64,000 nt of DNA from an uncultured Planctomycetaceae bacterium (GCA_963976765.1 CAXBME010000003.1:124001-188000), one strand, 5' to 3'; counted from the stretch's first letter, positions 21,203 to 31,706 are shown. Notes: a model not told the origin generated them from the sequence alone. Program-made: numbers and translations.

Positions 21203-22936
21203 ATGAAGAACTTATCAACGAGACCATCCATCGCACTTTATTTACTCGCCACGTTCGCGGTCGGCCTGCAGACTTCAAGTCTTCACGCAGATTCTGACTC
21301 GGACATCGTGGCAAAGATCAATGAGCACATCCGGCAGGGATGGGAAGACAACGAAGTCACTCCGTCTGAGAAAGCCGATGATGCCGAGTTTGCTCGGCGA
21401 GCGGCGCTGGACATCGTCGGCCGAATCCCGACTTACTCAGAGCTGACGGCGTTTCTTGATTCGGAAGCCGACGACAAGCGGGCGAGGTTCGTCGATCAGT
21501 TGCTCGACCACGAAGATTACATCCGCAACTCAGCCAGCATCTGGGGCAATCTGCTTGTCGGTCGAACGAATAATCGAGGCGGTGGACGAGCGGCGCTCGA
21601 CCGCTGGTTGCGAAATGCGATTTATACAAACATCCCATACGACCAGTTTGTGAAAGAGCTGCTAACCGCGGAAGGAAGCAGCGAGGAAAACGGGGCCGTC
21701 GTTTTCCTCTCCAGCCACTTGAACGAGATGGCCGTTCCAGCAACGTCGATCACGGCACGACTGTTTCTCGGTCGGCAACTGCAATGTACGCAGTGCCACA
21801 ATCACCCGTTCAACGATTGGCAGCAGGCTCAATTCTGGGGAATGAATGCCTTCTTCCGAGGAACTCGGAGACAGGGCAATCCGAACCGTGGAGCAGTGAC
21901 GCTGACAGACAGCCCAGCTGCAATCATGGTCGACTTTGAAAAACGCAACGGCACGATGCAGTCGGCACGTCGGCAGTTCTTTGATGGTGACGGCGTAAAA
22001 GTCGACGAACTGGACGTGACCGTTGACCTTCTGGAACTCCGCAATCGTGGCCGGCAACGGGCACAAACGAAGCCTCGCGTCGAACTCGCAGAATTCATCA
22101 CTGACCCAAGCAAGCCCTTTCTCGCAGAGACGCAGGTGAATCGTATCTGGGGGCAGCTGTTTGGTTACGGATTCACAAAACCGGTCGACGACATGGGCCC
22201 GCATAATCAGGCATCGCATCCGAAGTTGCTGGAATATCTTGCGGGGCAGTTTCGCGAAGCCGGATACGACAACAAACGGCTGATCCGATGGATTGCCGCC
22301 AGCGAAGCTTACAACCTCACCAGCAGATTCAATGAGGCCAATATCGATGACAATCCGGCCGCCGGTGAGATACCGATTTTCAGCCACATGTACCTTAAAC
22401 AGTTCCGTGCCGAACAGCTTTATGATTCACTTCTGATAGCGACGGCGGCTGATCAGGCGAATCGAACATCCGACGAGGCGGAAGCTCAGCGAGCCACCTG
22501 GCTGCGTCAATTCGTTCAAACTTTCGGGACCGACGAAAACGACGAGAGCACTTCTTTCAACGGAACGATCCCGCAGGCCTTGCTGCTGATGAACGGCCAG
22601 TTGATGAACAACGCTCTGGGCGGAGGAAACGGCAGCTTTCTGCGCAGTGTTGTCTTATCGGCCACGGGGCGACCAGATGATAATGCGACGTCCGCGCCGA
22701 AAACGGTGACTCAGGCCCGTTTGGCGGCGACACGCGCGGCACGGTCAAGAAACAGGAATACGCCGGCAAAAATCGAAACATTGTTCCTGGTCGCGCTGTC
22801 TCGAAAACCAACTCCTGCAGAACTTGACGCCTTCAACGATGTCTACGCCAGGGGCAACTACAGCGACCCCGTTGTCGGTCTGCAGGACGTCTTCTGGTCG
22901 CTGCTCAATTCCAACGAGTTTGTGATTAACCATTAG
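21203..22936 (+). CDS. DUF1549/DUF1553 planctomycete cytochrome-like protein
   Basis: Signal peptide; EFARRAALDIVGRIPT; CTQCHNHPF; VNRIW; SHPKLL; QALLLMNG; WSLLNSNEF. Confidence 0.9.
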   Translation: MKNLSTRPSIALYLLATFAVGLQTSSLHADSDSDIVAKINEHIRQGWEDNEVTPSEKADDAEFARRAALDIVGRIPTYSELTAFLDSEADDKRARFVDQLLDHEDYIRNSASIWGNLLVGRTNNRGGGRAALDRWLRNAIYTNIPYDQFVKELLTAEGSSEENGAVVFLSSHLNEMAVPATSITARLFLGRQLQCTQCHNHPFNDWQQAQFWGMNAFFRGTRRQGNPNRGAVTLTDSPAAIMVDFEKRNGTMQSARRQFFDGDGVKVDELDVTVDLLELRNRGRQRAQTKPRVELAEFITDPSKPFLAETQVNRIWGQLFGYGFTKPVDDMGPHNQASHPKLLEYLAGQFREAGYDNKRLIRWIAASEAYNLTSRFNEANIDDNPAAGEIPIFSHMYLKQFRAEQLYDSLLIATAADQANRTSDEAEAQRATWLRQFVQTFGTDENDESTSFNGTIPQALLLMNGQLMNNALGGGNGSFLRSVVLSATGRPDDNATSAPKTVTQARLAATRAARSRNRNTPAKIETLFLVALSRKPTPAELDAFNDVYARGNYSDPVVGLQDVFWSLLNSNEFVINH

Positions 22937-23028
22937 ACTGTTTTATGGCTTCTGAGCAGGAACTGGCCCCCCGGAGTAGCCATCGTTTCTGGAGTAACCA
23001 TTCTGCAGAACACTGAAAACGAATTCTG
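22933..23028 (+). repeat. TTAG-anchored ~90-bp dispersed repeat, copy 2
   Basis: TTAGACTGTTTTATGGCTTCTGAGCAGGAACTGGC...CTGCAGAACACTGAAAAC. Confidence 0.75.
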
Positions 23029-23126
23029 AAAGCGTACTGGCCGGACAGCGTAACTTCATCGCGACCAACCGACGCCTGACACCTGCGGCAACTCGTTCAG
23101 CAATGACAACCCAGACTTTGTCATTT

Positions 23127-25247
23127 TCAAACTTTGACGTTGTCGTCGACTTCCTTGCCGAGAAAGTCCAGCTCGACGTCGGCAACCCTGACGAATGCAC
23201 GATCGTCGGCGGCAATACTGAGCGTGCCGCTGCTTGATTTGATAAGCTGAATCGAGACTCCCATACCCGCCCCGAATGAAAAGTTCGAGCCGGGATTTGG
23301 ATTCACGAAAGTCTTTGACAGCTCTGCGGTCTGCCACTCGTTGGAGCCGCTTTCGTGCAGTTTCAGGTCGACCGTCGTTGACGCCAGTTCGTGCGACTCG
23401 TTGACGAATTTCGTCTGAGCGTTGAACTGGAAAAATACGAGTCGGCAAGTGAAGTGCTGACGGAAGACGTTCGCAAAGAATTCCGGCGATGAAGTCCCCA
23501 CTCGAAGTCGAACCCGGAAGACGTACGAGCCGGGATACGGACTGCGAACTTCCTGAGCGATGTACGCTTTCGAGTTCTGAGCGATTTCAAGTGGTGAGCC
23601 ATCAGCAAGATTGAACCCGATAGCCGCCGTTTGATGGCTGAGATCTCGCAACACAGCCGAGCCGAAGTTGTTCTCTCCGGCTGAATTCAGTGGATTCGCT
23701 CGCCAGCCCTTGGGGCGAGACGGGGCCGTGATTGGCTTCAGCGGCTCTTTCTCAGCGAAGTCGGTATGAACGAGGTACCGGGTTGGGTCGAACGGAGGGA
23801 CACGGGCGATATCACCTGCCGATGCCACTCGTTCGGCGGTCGCCGGTTCACTTCCCAGTAACTTCCAGAGTGGCTCACCCGCAGTCAGCCGATGCGGACG
23901 ATCTTGAGCATCGATGAAATGTCCCTGATGCGGGACTCCCAGCAGGTGGAACATCGTCGCCGTCAGATCGCCCGGTTGAACGCGGTCGCTGGCTGGAAAG
24001 CCACCGTTCCTGTCGCTCGATCCGTAAACCTGCCCGCCGCTGATTCCCGCCCCGGCCATCACGAAGCTGAAGACCGAGCCCCAGTGATCACGTCCGCCTT
24101 TCGCGTTGATCTTTGGAGTGCGACCAAACTCGCCAATCGTCACAACAAGAGTTTCATCGAGCAGGCCGCGTTGATCGAGATCCTCGATTAACGCCGAAAA
24201 GCCAACGTCGAACATTGGGCACAGGACGTCTTCAACGCGGTCCGCGTTCTGAGCGTGTGTGTCCCATAAGGGATTGTCAGACGCGTTGTCGCCAGGCTCG
24301 CGCGGCCATTGAACATGGACGAGCCGAACGCCAGCTTCAACCAGTCGCCGAGCAAGAAGCACACTCTGCCCCCAGCGATTTCGACCGTATCGATCGCGGA
24401 CGTGGTCTGGCTCTTTTGCAATATCAAACGCCTGGCGTGCCTTGCCCGACGTCAGAAGATCGAATGCCTGCTGCTGGAATGCTCCGTACGTTTTGAATGA
24501 GCCATCAAGGTGTCGAAAACGGTCTTCGAGTTGAGACAGCAGAGACTGCCGACGTTCGAGTTGAACTGGCGTGATGTCTGTTTCGCGGAGGCTTTCAATT
24601 TCGTACGTCGGTTCGGCAGGATCCCCTACAAAGACTTCTGGATTCCACTGCGGTCCCAGAAAGCCTGCGGTCTGGCCGGAAGGCGTGACGTTTTCGTTCA
24701 GCCGCATGACGTCTGGCAGCCAGACTGACGTCAGAGCCGGGAGTTGCTCGCTCGGCTTCAGCTGCTTCACAACAGAGCCAAGGTAAGGCCAGTCAGTTGG
24801 CTGAATCGTTCGAGGATTCGGGCCGCGGTACTTGTAACCGGTCAGAACCCACGCACCGCTCGATGAGTGCACGTTGTCGTCCGTGGCCATCGATCGGCAG
24901 ACTGCGAGTTTGTCACTCATCGCCGCCGTTCGCGGCAACAGTTCGCAAAACTGAATTCCGGGGACGTTCGTGCTGATCGGTTTGAACGGGCCGCGGATGC
25001 CATCAGGAGCGTTCGGTTTTGGATCGAACGTCTCATGCTGAGGAGGTCCTCCAGCCAGATAGAGGAAGATCACGTTCTTCGCTCGACCGAAAGCCTTGTC
25101 CGAAACGGAAGCCGGCTGTGCAATTTGCTTTGCCGCAAGCAACTGCGGAAGCGACAGGCCGCCCAGCGTCAGCGAACCAACCCGCATGAGTTCACGACGA
25201 GAAATACCGTCGCAAAGCCGCGTTCCTTTGTTGAGGATTGAAAGCAC
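23127..25247 (-). CDS. DUF1501 protein with C-terminal extension
   Basis: SRRELM Tat-like motif; GGPPQHETFDPKP; LARRLVEAGV; WDTH; GEFGRTP; GRDHW; start GTG 25247. Confidence 0.9.
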   Translation of the reverse strand: MLSILNKGTRLCDGISRRELMRVGSLTLGGLSLPQLLAAKQIAQPASVSDKAFGRAKNVIFLYLAGGPPQHETFDPKPNAPDGIRGPFKPISTNVPGIQFCELLPRTAAMSDKLAVCRSMATDDNVHSSSGAWVLTGYKYRGPNPRTIQPTDWPYLGSVVKQLKPSEQLPALTSVWLPDVMRLNENVTPSGQTAGFLGPQWNPEVFVGDPAEPTYEIESLRETDITPVQLERRQSLLSQLEDRFRHLDGSFKTYGAFQQQAFDLLTSGKARQAFDIAKEPDHVRDRYGRNRWGQSVLLARRLVEAGVRLVHVQWPREPGDNASDNPLWDTHAQNADRVEDVLCPMFDVGFSALIEDLDQRGLLDETLVVTIGEFGRTPKINAKGGRDHWGSVFSFVMAGAGISGGQVYGSSDRNGGFPASDRVQPGDLTATMFHLLGVPHQGHFIDAQDRPHRLTAGEPLWKLLGSEPATAERVASAGDIARVPPFDPTRYLVHTDFAEKEPLKPITAPSRPKGWRANPLNSAGENNFGSAVLRDLSHQTAAIGFNLADGSPLEIAQNSKAYIAQEVRSPYPGSYVFRVRLRVGTSSPEFFANVFRQHFTCRLVFFQFNAQTKFVNESHELASTTVDLKLHESGSNEWQTAELSKTFVNPNPGSNFSFGAGMGVSIQLIKSSSGTLSIAADDRAFVRVADVELDFLGKEVDDNVKV

Positions 25248-25503
25248 GGAAGTCCTCTCGTTCGAACAGGACGCTCGCTGGATTTCAGACGGTCGCTTCA
25301 AACATTCAGTCTGACTTCTATTCTCGATCGATCAAGAGCAACGATTCACAAACGCGGAGTTCGATCGACGCAACTTTGCAGATTACGAAAGGTTGAGCGT
25401 CGGCATCGCACTGAGAATGCCGGCAGAAACATGGTGCACCGAGCTGCGTTTGATATCCCCTACGGATTACATCTCAGCCACTCTAAAGATGGACCGGGCG
25501 CAC

Positions 25504-25540
25504 AAAGAAAGCCCGATCAGACAGGTGTCTGACCGGGCTT
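25504..25540 (-). terminator. Rho-independent terminator of the HTH-receiver gene
   Basis: AAGCCCGGTCAGACA-CC-TGTCTGATCGGGCTT-TCTTT on the minus strand. Confidence 0.7.
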
Positions 25541-25652
25541 CACTGATTACTCTGATATCCGCACTGATACGTCAGGACCTAAGTCCAGTGTGACGTCCTT
25601 GCCACGTCGGTCATGAGCTTCCCCTGGCGAATGACTCCCGACCTGGGTTCGA

Positions 25653-26225
25653 TCAGGCGAATTGCTTCTTACGACCGACAAGCGTTCGAATTCGTTCTGC
25701 GAGCAGAGCTGAGTCGAACGGTTTGCGGAAGGTCTCATTAAAGATCGTCCGGTCGAAACCGGCTGCGTTGTCTTCGTCGCTGAGCAGTCCGATCAGTACA
25801 GTTTCGGAATACTCGGGGTTACGTCGAAGGTTCTGAGCGATCAGCAACGCATCGTTACGTCCCATAGCGAAGTCAACGACGACGCAATCAGGGTGCAACG
25901 ATTCGGCCTGAATTCCAGCCTCGAATCCGCTCTGGGCGTATTCGATTTTGAAGTCTTCAGGCGTGATCATCTCATTCAGGCTAGACTTGATCACAGGTTC
26001 TGCACCGACGAGCAGGATTTTACCCATTGCTTCGTCTTCAAGTTCACCAAGTGGCATTCCGTGTTCTTTCAGGAATCGGATCAAATGCTCTCGCGGGATC
26101 CGACGGTCCTGGGAACCAGGAATTCGGTAGCCACGAAGGCGTCCCGAATCAAACCATTTGCTGACCGTTCGTGGTGCAACTTTGCAGATCTTAGCTACCT
26201 GTCCAGTAGTGAAGATCGTCTTCAT
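25653..26225 (-). CDS. Excisionase/MerR-type HTH (HTH_17) + atypical receiver-domain regulator
   Basis: MKTIFTTGQVAKICKVAPRTVSKWFDSGRLRGYRIPGSQDRRIP; receiver CVVVDFAM...RKPF; RBS GGAG. Confidence 0.88.
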   Translation of the reverse strand: MKTIFTTGQVAKICKVAPRTVSKWFDSGRLRGYRIPGSQDRRIPREHLIRFLKEHGMPLGELEDEAMGKILLVGAEPVIKSSLNEMITPEDFKIEYAQSGFEAGIQAESLHPDCVVVDFAMGRNDALLIAQNLRRNPEYSETVLIGLLSDEDNAAGFDRTIFNETFRKPFDSALLAERIRTLVGRKKQFA

Positions 26226-27213
26226 CGCGGGCTCCAGTTTCACTTTGCTATGCAGGAATTCGGTCTCACGCGAATTTCTGCACCCCCCTACGATGGCTGG
26301 CTCTCTTAAGCCGCTGGGTCCTTCCTGAGAGCCACCGTGGTGTTGGGTCGGGGTTTGTCTCCAGTTACCGGGTGATTTATCGGTATCTCCCACCGATTCC
26401 TCACCTGCCTTACGTCGGCAACACAAAACTGAGGACTTTCGTTTCTCCGCTTCTCTTCTTCGAGGAAACTCATTTTCCAGGGTCGCCCCGAAAAGTCTCG
26501 ACCCAGACTTCCTGTTGTGAAGTCTTTGCCGACTCGCTTTCCGGGCATCGCTTCCGACCGACGTGTCGCGAAAGATGTCTCCAGTGAGCTATCTCTTTTG
26601 ACAAACCGCTCGTCATTGACGACGGGCGACAGAAAACGGATGCCAATCGCCATTGCATCAATGTTCTGCCGAGCAGCTCTCCCTGCTGCCAATCCCGAGA
26701 TGGCCTTTTGTCTGGCAGTGCCGTCCTGCTCCCTCCAAGTTGCAGGACGAGACTGATCAGACACCGACCATCTGACCTTACTTTCGGCCCTTACCGGGCG
26801 ATGACTTTAGAATGATTAAGTCAGTGTCAAGGTCAGAATCGGGTTTGTAGCTTCAGACCGGTTCGCCAGGAGATTTGCCAGTACCGGATCAGAAGCCACA
26901 ATACACTGAAAACATCGCTACAATCGCTCCATTCGACGCCGTTGCAGAGATCGTTTCTGCACGAACCGTTGTGATTGGAACAACCAGCCCTTAATTCAGT
27001 ATTTCGTATTCTGCCTCATTGTCCGGCAACAAAACGTCTGCGGGTTTGTGAATTGAGAAGGACTGGGCTGCCTGTGACGGTTATTCCGGAAAGTCAGACA
27101 GCATTCTCGTGACGACGATGTCGGACTCTTCGGGTTTATCAGGAAAACACGATCGAAGTCATTGAAGGGCCACTGCCAGGCCGTTGCCGAATTCAGATTC
27201 AGGAAACCCAACC

Positions 27214-28035
27214 GTGGAAAGAAAACAGCTCGAGGAAATACTGAATCAGTTGATGGCTGGTTCGACCTCGCTGCCCGCTGCCGTCGATCAGCTACTGATT
27301 GAGGCACAGGCTTGCGTCTTTGAAGCTGACTTAGAACAAAGCCGAGCATCGCTGGACCGGATCGCGAGCACGCCAGAAGCCTGCGTCGATCTGGGCCGCC
27401 AGGAACGATGCGGATTTCCGGAAGTCGTCTATGGGCCAGGCAAGACCCCGGAGGCGATTGTTGGAGTTTTCGAAGCATTGACCGCGGCGGGGCAAGCCTG
27501 CCTGGCAACTCTGGTTGATCACGATCAGACCGCTGCCGTGCAGGAGCGATTTCCAAACGTGGTCTTTAACAAGACTGCCCGGACGCTGAGAATCTCTCCA
27601 GAAAGTTCTGAAAGTCGGGGCCTTGTCGCGGTGGTCAGCGCCGGAACCAGCGACCTCCCCGTTGCGGAAGAGGCCGCCGAGACAATCCGCTGGATGAATT
27701 GCGACGTTGATCTGGTCGTCGATGTTGGCGTCGCCGGCCCACAACGATTGCTGAACCGAGTCGAACAACTTCGCCTGGCGGATGCCGTCGTCGTCGTCGC
27801 CGGTATGGAAGGCGCACTGCCGTCCGTCGTGGCCGGACATGTCAGCACTCCGGTTTTTGCAGTTCCCACCAGCGTCGGCTACGGCGCGAACTTTGGCGGC
27901 GTATCCGCACTCCTCTCCATGCTCAACAGTTGTGCCTCGAACGTCGCCGTTGTGAATATCGACGCCGGATTCAAGGCCGCCTATCTCGCCGGAATGGTGG
28001 CTCGATCGACCGCAAAGTCATCACCGAAATCATGA
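27214..28035 (+). CDS. larB: Nickel-pincer cofactor biosynthesis protein LarB
   Basis: [62 protein letters not shown]. Confidence 0.9.
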   Translation: MERKQLEEILNQLMAGSTSLPAAVDQLLIEAQACVFEADLEQSRASLDRIASTPEACVDLGRQERCGFPEVVYGPGKTPEAIVGVFEALTAAGQACLATLVDHDQTAAVQERFPNVVFNKTARTLRISPESSESRGLVAVVSAGTSDLPVAEEAAETIRWMNCDVDLVVDVGVAGPQRLLNRVEQLRLADAVVVVAGMEGALPSVVAGHVSTPVFAVPTSVGYGANFGGVSALLSMLNSCASNVAVVNIDAGFKAAYLAGMVARSTAKSSPKS

Positions 28036-28207
28036 CCAATCCCGCCGTTCAACGATCGCAAACTGGTTCGAAAAGATTTACAAGTCCACCGGCATGGCTC
28101 AGCATTAGCCAATACTGGCGATGTGGACTACGATGTTCGGCAGGTGCCAATTCAAACGGGCCGCCCGTTCTGCAAACTGATTCAACTCTTGCGACCTTAG
28201 AAACACC

Positions 28208-28561
28208 ATGAGCATTCAGGAATTTGTTGAACCGCTGGGAAGCCGGATTCTGATTCGGAAAGACGAAGCCCGCCAGACGACGAAAGGCGGCATTGTCCTC
28301 CCGGATCAGGCCGAGATCCCAACCATCACTGGCCGCGTCGTCGAAATCAGCGCTCAAATTGCCAATGATGAAGACTTCCCGGTTCGCAAGTACGACAAGG
28401 TGCTCTTCCACCCGAAGAACGCAATTCCGGTTGACCTGGAATCAGACAACGTTCTATTCGTCGTCGAAATCGACGACGTCGTCGCTGTCTTCCGCCGCAC
28501 TCCCCGTTCCGAATCCAACGTCGACTCCATGGACGACGCTGACGAACGAGACGACTTTTGA
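28208..28561 (+). CDS. Stand-alone GroES/Cpn10-family co-chaperonin with acidic tail
   Basis: EPLGSRILI, TTKGGIVLPD mobile loop, GRVVEI, DKVLF. Confidence 0.85.
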   Translation: MSIQEFVEPLGSRILIRKDEARQTTKGGIVLPDQAEIPTITGRVVEISAQIANDEDFPVRKYDKVLFHPKNAIPVDLESDNVLFVVEIDDVVAVFRRTPRSESNVDSMDDADERDDF

Positions 28562-28663
28562 GATTGCAGTCAGCTAATCGGTCGAAGATCGTCACCGATA
28601 AACGCAGATTCATCCCAAAAATTCTACCAGCATCTGCGGTTTCCGAATCTGAGCATCTCCATG

Positions 28664-28695
28664 AAAAAAGGGCGAGCATTTCTGCTCGCCCTTTT
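28664..28695. terminator. Bidirectional terminator between groES-like gene and pnp
   Basis: AAAAAAGGGCGAGCA-TTTC-TGCTCGCCCTTTT. Confidence 0.8.
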
Positions 28696-28753
28696 CGATT
28701 TCATTCAAACGTCAGACAGGCAAGCAGCAACGCTCACCCAGCCGAATGGTTTG

Positions 28754-30901
28754 TTATTCATCGTCTGAGTCGCCTTCGTCATCTGAATCGTCGCCATCAG
28801 CGGCAGCGTTCTGTTCAGCGAGAACAGCCTTGCGAGACAGCTTGACTCGGTTTTGATCATCGACGGCGATGACTTTGACTTCGAAGGTGTCGCCCACTTT
28901 GCAGATGTCGGAAACGCTCTTCACGAAGCCATCAGACAGTTCACTGATGTGACAAAGGCCGTCTTTCCCTGGAGCGATCTCGATGAATGCTCCAAAGTCT
29001 TTGATCGAGCTGACCTTACCGTTGTAAATACGTCCGACTTTGACGTCTTCGGTCATGGCTTCAATGCGAGCCAGGCAGTCTTCAGCACCAGCAGCTTCTC
29101 GCGAAGCGATCGTCACGACGCCAGTTTCCTGGATGTCGATCTGCGTACCGGTTTCTTCCTGAAGTGCTCGAATCGTCTTTCCGCCGGGACCAATCAGCAG
29201 GCCGATTTTTTCCGGATCGATCTTGGTCTGCAGGAGTCGTGGAGCAAACTCCGAGATTTCCTGGCGAGGACGAGAGATCGCTTTGAGCATAATTCGAAGC
29301 AGTTCGCGACGAGCATCTTTCGCCTGTTCGAGAGTTGCTCGAATGATTTCTTCGCTGATCCCGTCAATCTTGAGGTCAAGCTGAATTCCAGTGATGCCTT
29401 TACCCGTTCCGGCGATTTTGAAGTCCATGTCGCCGTAGTGGTCTTCGTCACCCAGAATGTCGGTCAGGAGATTGAACTTGTCTCCCTCTTTGATCAGACC
29501 GATCGAAATCCCGGCCACAGGCTGATTGATTGGCACGCCGGCATCCATCAAAGCCAGTGTTGTCGAGCAAACCGACGCCATCGAGCTGGAACCGTTTGAC
29601 TCGGTGATGTCCGAAATCGCGCGGATGACGTACGGGAATTTCTCAGCTTTGGGCAGAACCCACGCCACCGACCGTTCGGCGAGCATTCCATGGCCGATTT
29701 CACGACGCCCAGGTCCTCTGATCGGACGGCATTCGCCAACCGAGTACGAAGGGAAGTTGTAGTCGAGCATGAATCGCTTTTCGTACTCTTCTACCGGACC
29801 GTCGACTCGCTGAGTGTCGCGAGCGGTACCGAGGGTAATCGTCGCCAGCGACTGAGTTTCGCCACGGGTAAAGATGGCAGAACCGTGAACTCGCGGGATG
29901 ATCCCGACGTCTCCGGAAACTGCCCGCAGGTCGCCAGGTGCTCGACCGTCAAGTCGTACGCCTTCCAGCAGCAGATCGCGAACAGCCTGCTTGCCGGCGT
30001 TGTAGAAGGCTTTGTTGAACTGCGCGAGTGTCTTGCCGTCTTCGGTCTCTTCAGCCTCGCCCGGGAAGAATTCAGCCTGAAGCTCAGCTTTGAGTTCATC
30101 GGAGATTGCGTGACGGTCAGCCTTGGACTTTCCGACTTTGCTTTCCTTCAGACGAGCGTAAGCCCGCTCCATCAGAATGGCGTCAAACGGGTTGACTTCC
30201 GGAGCTTCGACGACTGGTGGTTCGACTCCACATTTCTGAGCCAGTTCAAGTTGCAGGTCGCAGAGTTCGGCAATCGCTTCGTGACCGAACATGATGGCGT
30301 CGGCCATGACGTCTTCCGGCAACTGATCCCCGAAGCCTTCGATCATCAGGACCGATTCTTTGCTGCCAGCAACGATCAGATCGAGCTTGCTTTCGGCCAG
30401 CTCAGCAGCGGTCGGGAAGAGCACCAGATCTTCGTCAACGAGCGCAACCCGAACAGCACCAATCGGGCCGAGGAACGGGCATGGCGAGATCATCAGGCCA
30501 GCGCTTGCTCCGTTAATCGACAGAACATCCGGATCGTTCTCGCCGTCGTAGGCCAGAACGTTGCCCATGATCTGGACTTCGTCGTTGTAGCCTTTCGGGA
30601 AGAGCGGTCGAATCGGACGGTCGGTCAATCGAGCCGTCAGAATTTCACGTGTCGTCGGTCGCCCTTCGCGTTTCAGAAATCCGCCCGGAAATTTACCGGC
30701 GGCAGCAAATCGTTCCCGATAATCGACCATCAACGGGAAGAAGTCGATTCCTGCTCGCGGAGCACCGGTCTGCACCGCGACCAGAACTGTTGTTTCACCA
30801 TATTGAACGATGACGCATCCACTGGCCTGTTTGGCAATTTCGCCCGTGGTCAGGCTCAATGTACGACCACCGATTTCTCGTTCGACTGTAACTTTAGGCA
30901 T
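28754..30901 (-). CDS. pnp: Polyribonucleotide nucleotidyltransferase
   Basis: FFPLMVDY, REIGHG, ESNGSSSMASVC, DMDFK, KH and S1 domains. Confidence 0.98.
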   Translation of the reverse strand: MPKVTVEREIGGRTLSLTTGEIAKQASGCVIVQYGETTVLVAVQTGAPRAGIDFFPLMVDYRERFAAAGKFPGGFLKREGRPTTREILTARLTDRPIRPLFPKGYNDEVQIMGNVLAYDGENDPDVLSINGASAGLMISPCPFLGPIGAVRVALVDEDLVLFPTAAELAESKLDLIVAGSKESVLMIEGFGDQLPEDVMADAIMFGHEAIAELCDLQLELAQKCGVEPPVVEAPEVNPFDAILMERAYARLKESKVGKSKADRHAISDELKAELQAEFFPGEAEETEDGKTLAQFNKAFYNAGKQAVRDLLLEGVRLDGRAPGDLRAVSGDVGIIPRVHGSAIFTRGETQSLATITLGTARDTQRVDGPVEEYEKRFMLDYNFPSYSVGECRPIRGPGRREIGHGMLAERSVAWVLPKAEKFPYVIRAISDITESNGSSSMASVCSTTLALMDAGVPINQPVAGISIGLIKEGDKFNLLTDILGDEDHYGDMDFKIAGTGKGITGIQLDLKIDGISEEIIRATLEQAKDARRELLRIMLKAISRPRQEISEFAPRLLQTKIDPEKIGLLIGPGGKTIRALQEETGTQIDIQETGVVTIASREAAGAEDCLARIEAMTEDVKVGRIYNGKVSSIKDFGAFIEIAPGKDGLCHISELSDGFVKSVSDICKVGDTFEVKVIAVDDQNRVKLSRKAVLAEQNAAADGDDSDDEGDSDDE

Positions 30902-31398
30902 TATTTTCTTTCCTTCACAAATCTCGCCGGCGCAACCCCAATGGGTCCAGAATGCAAACGGCGAACGAAGCTTCAGCCAGAAGCAAGGCTTGAAAGCGGA
31001 CACTCAAAACAGTCTCAGGCCGTTTTCTTCTCAGCAGAAAGCTGGCTGAGGAGTGACTCCGGGAAGCGGTTCTGTCTTCAGAAATGCAGAACAGCGAACG
31101 CCGAAAACTGAGACGGGAACGGTGAACGCTCATGACCAGAGCGATGACGACCGAGCCTCTTACCAACACGAAAACTGACAAACACACAACGGCTGCAAAT
31201 TCAAGGCGACAAGACTTGCTAGAGTCCTGCAACTCCTGAGAACACTCCAACCGCGAAGATGAAGTCCGTGACCAGCCGTTTCAGAGTTCCACGACAAGCA
31301 GAACTCAACTCATTGGAACAGGCCACTCCAGCAATGAATCCCAGGAGCGGCTGAACCTGCGCAAGATCGACTGCCGACAAGCAACCTGACGAGCAATC

Positions 31399-31431
31399 AA
31401 AAGAAAAAGGCGACGCAATCGCGTCGCCTTT
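31399..31431 (-). terminator. rpsO terminator
   Basis: AAAGGCGACGC-GATT-GCGTCGCCTTT-TTCTTTT. Confidence 0.85.
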
Positions 31432-31436
31432 ATTCG

Positions 31437-31706
31437 TTACTTTCGGAGTCCGAGCTGCTCAACAAGACTCTTGTAGGTGTCTTCGCTGTTCTTCTTTACG
31501 TAGTTAAGAAGACTTCGACGACGAGCAACCAGGGTCAACAGTCCTCGGCGACTGGAATGATCCTTCATGTTGCTCCGAAGATGTTCAGTCAGATTCGCAA
31601 TTCGGTGACTGAGCACCGCGATCTGGACCTCAGGCGAACCTGTGTCATTGTCCGACTTTTTGAACTCACCGATCAGTTCTGTCTTTTTTTCAGCTGTAAT
31701 CGACAT
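31437..31706 (-). CDS. rpsO: 30S ribosomal protein S15
   Basis: [22 protein letters not shown]; conserved rpsO-pnp synteny. Confidence 0.98.
   Translation of the reverse strand: MSITAEKKTELIGEFKKSDNDTGSPEVQIAVLSHRIANLTEHLRSNMKDHSSRRGLLTLVARRRSLLNYVKKNSEDTYKSLVEQLGLRK

Noticed and set aside
26630..26645. Sigma54-like TGGCATCCGTTTTCTG in the regulator leader
   Set aside because: -12 element reads TTCT rather than TTGC
29690..31111. 473-aa plus-strand ORF
   Set aside because: Antisense shadow of pnp; no recognisable motifs
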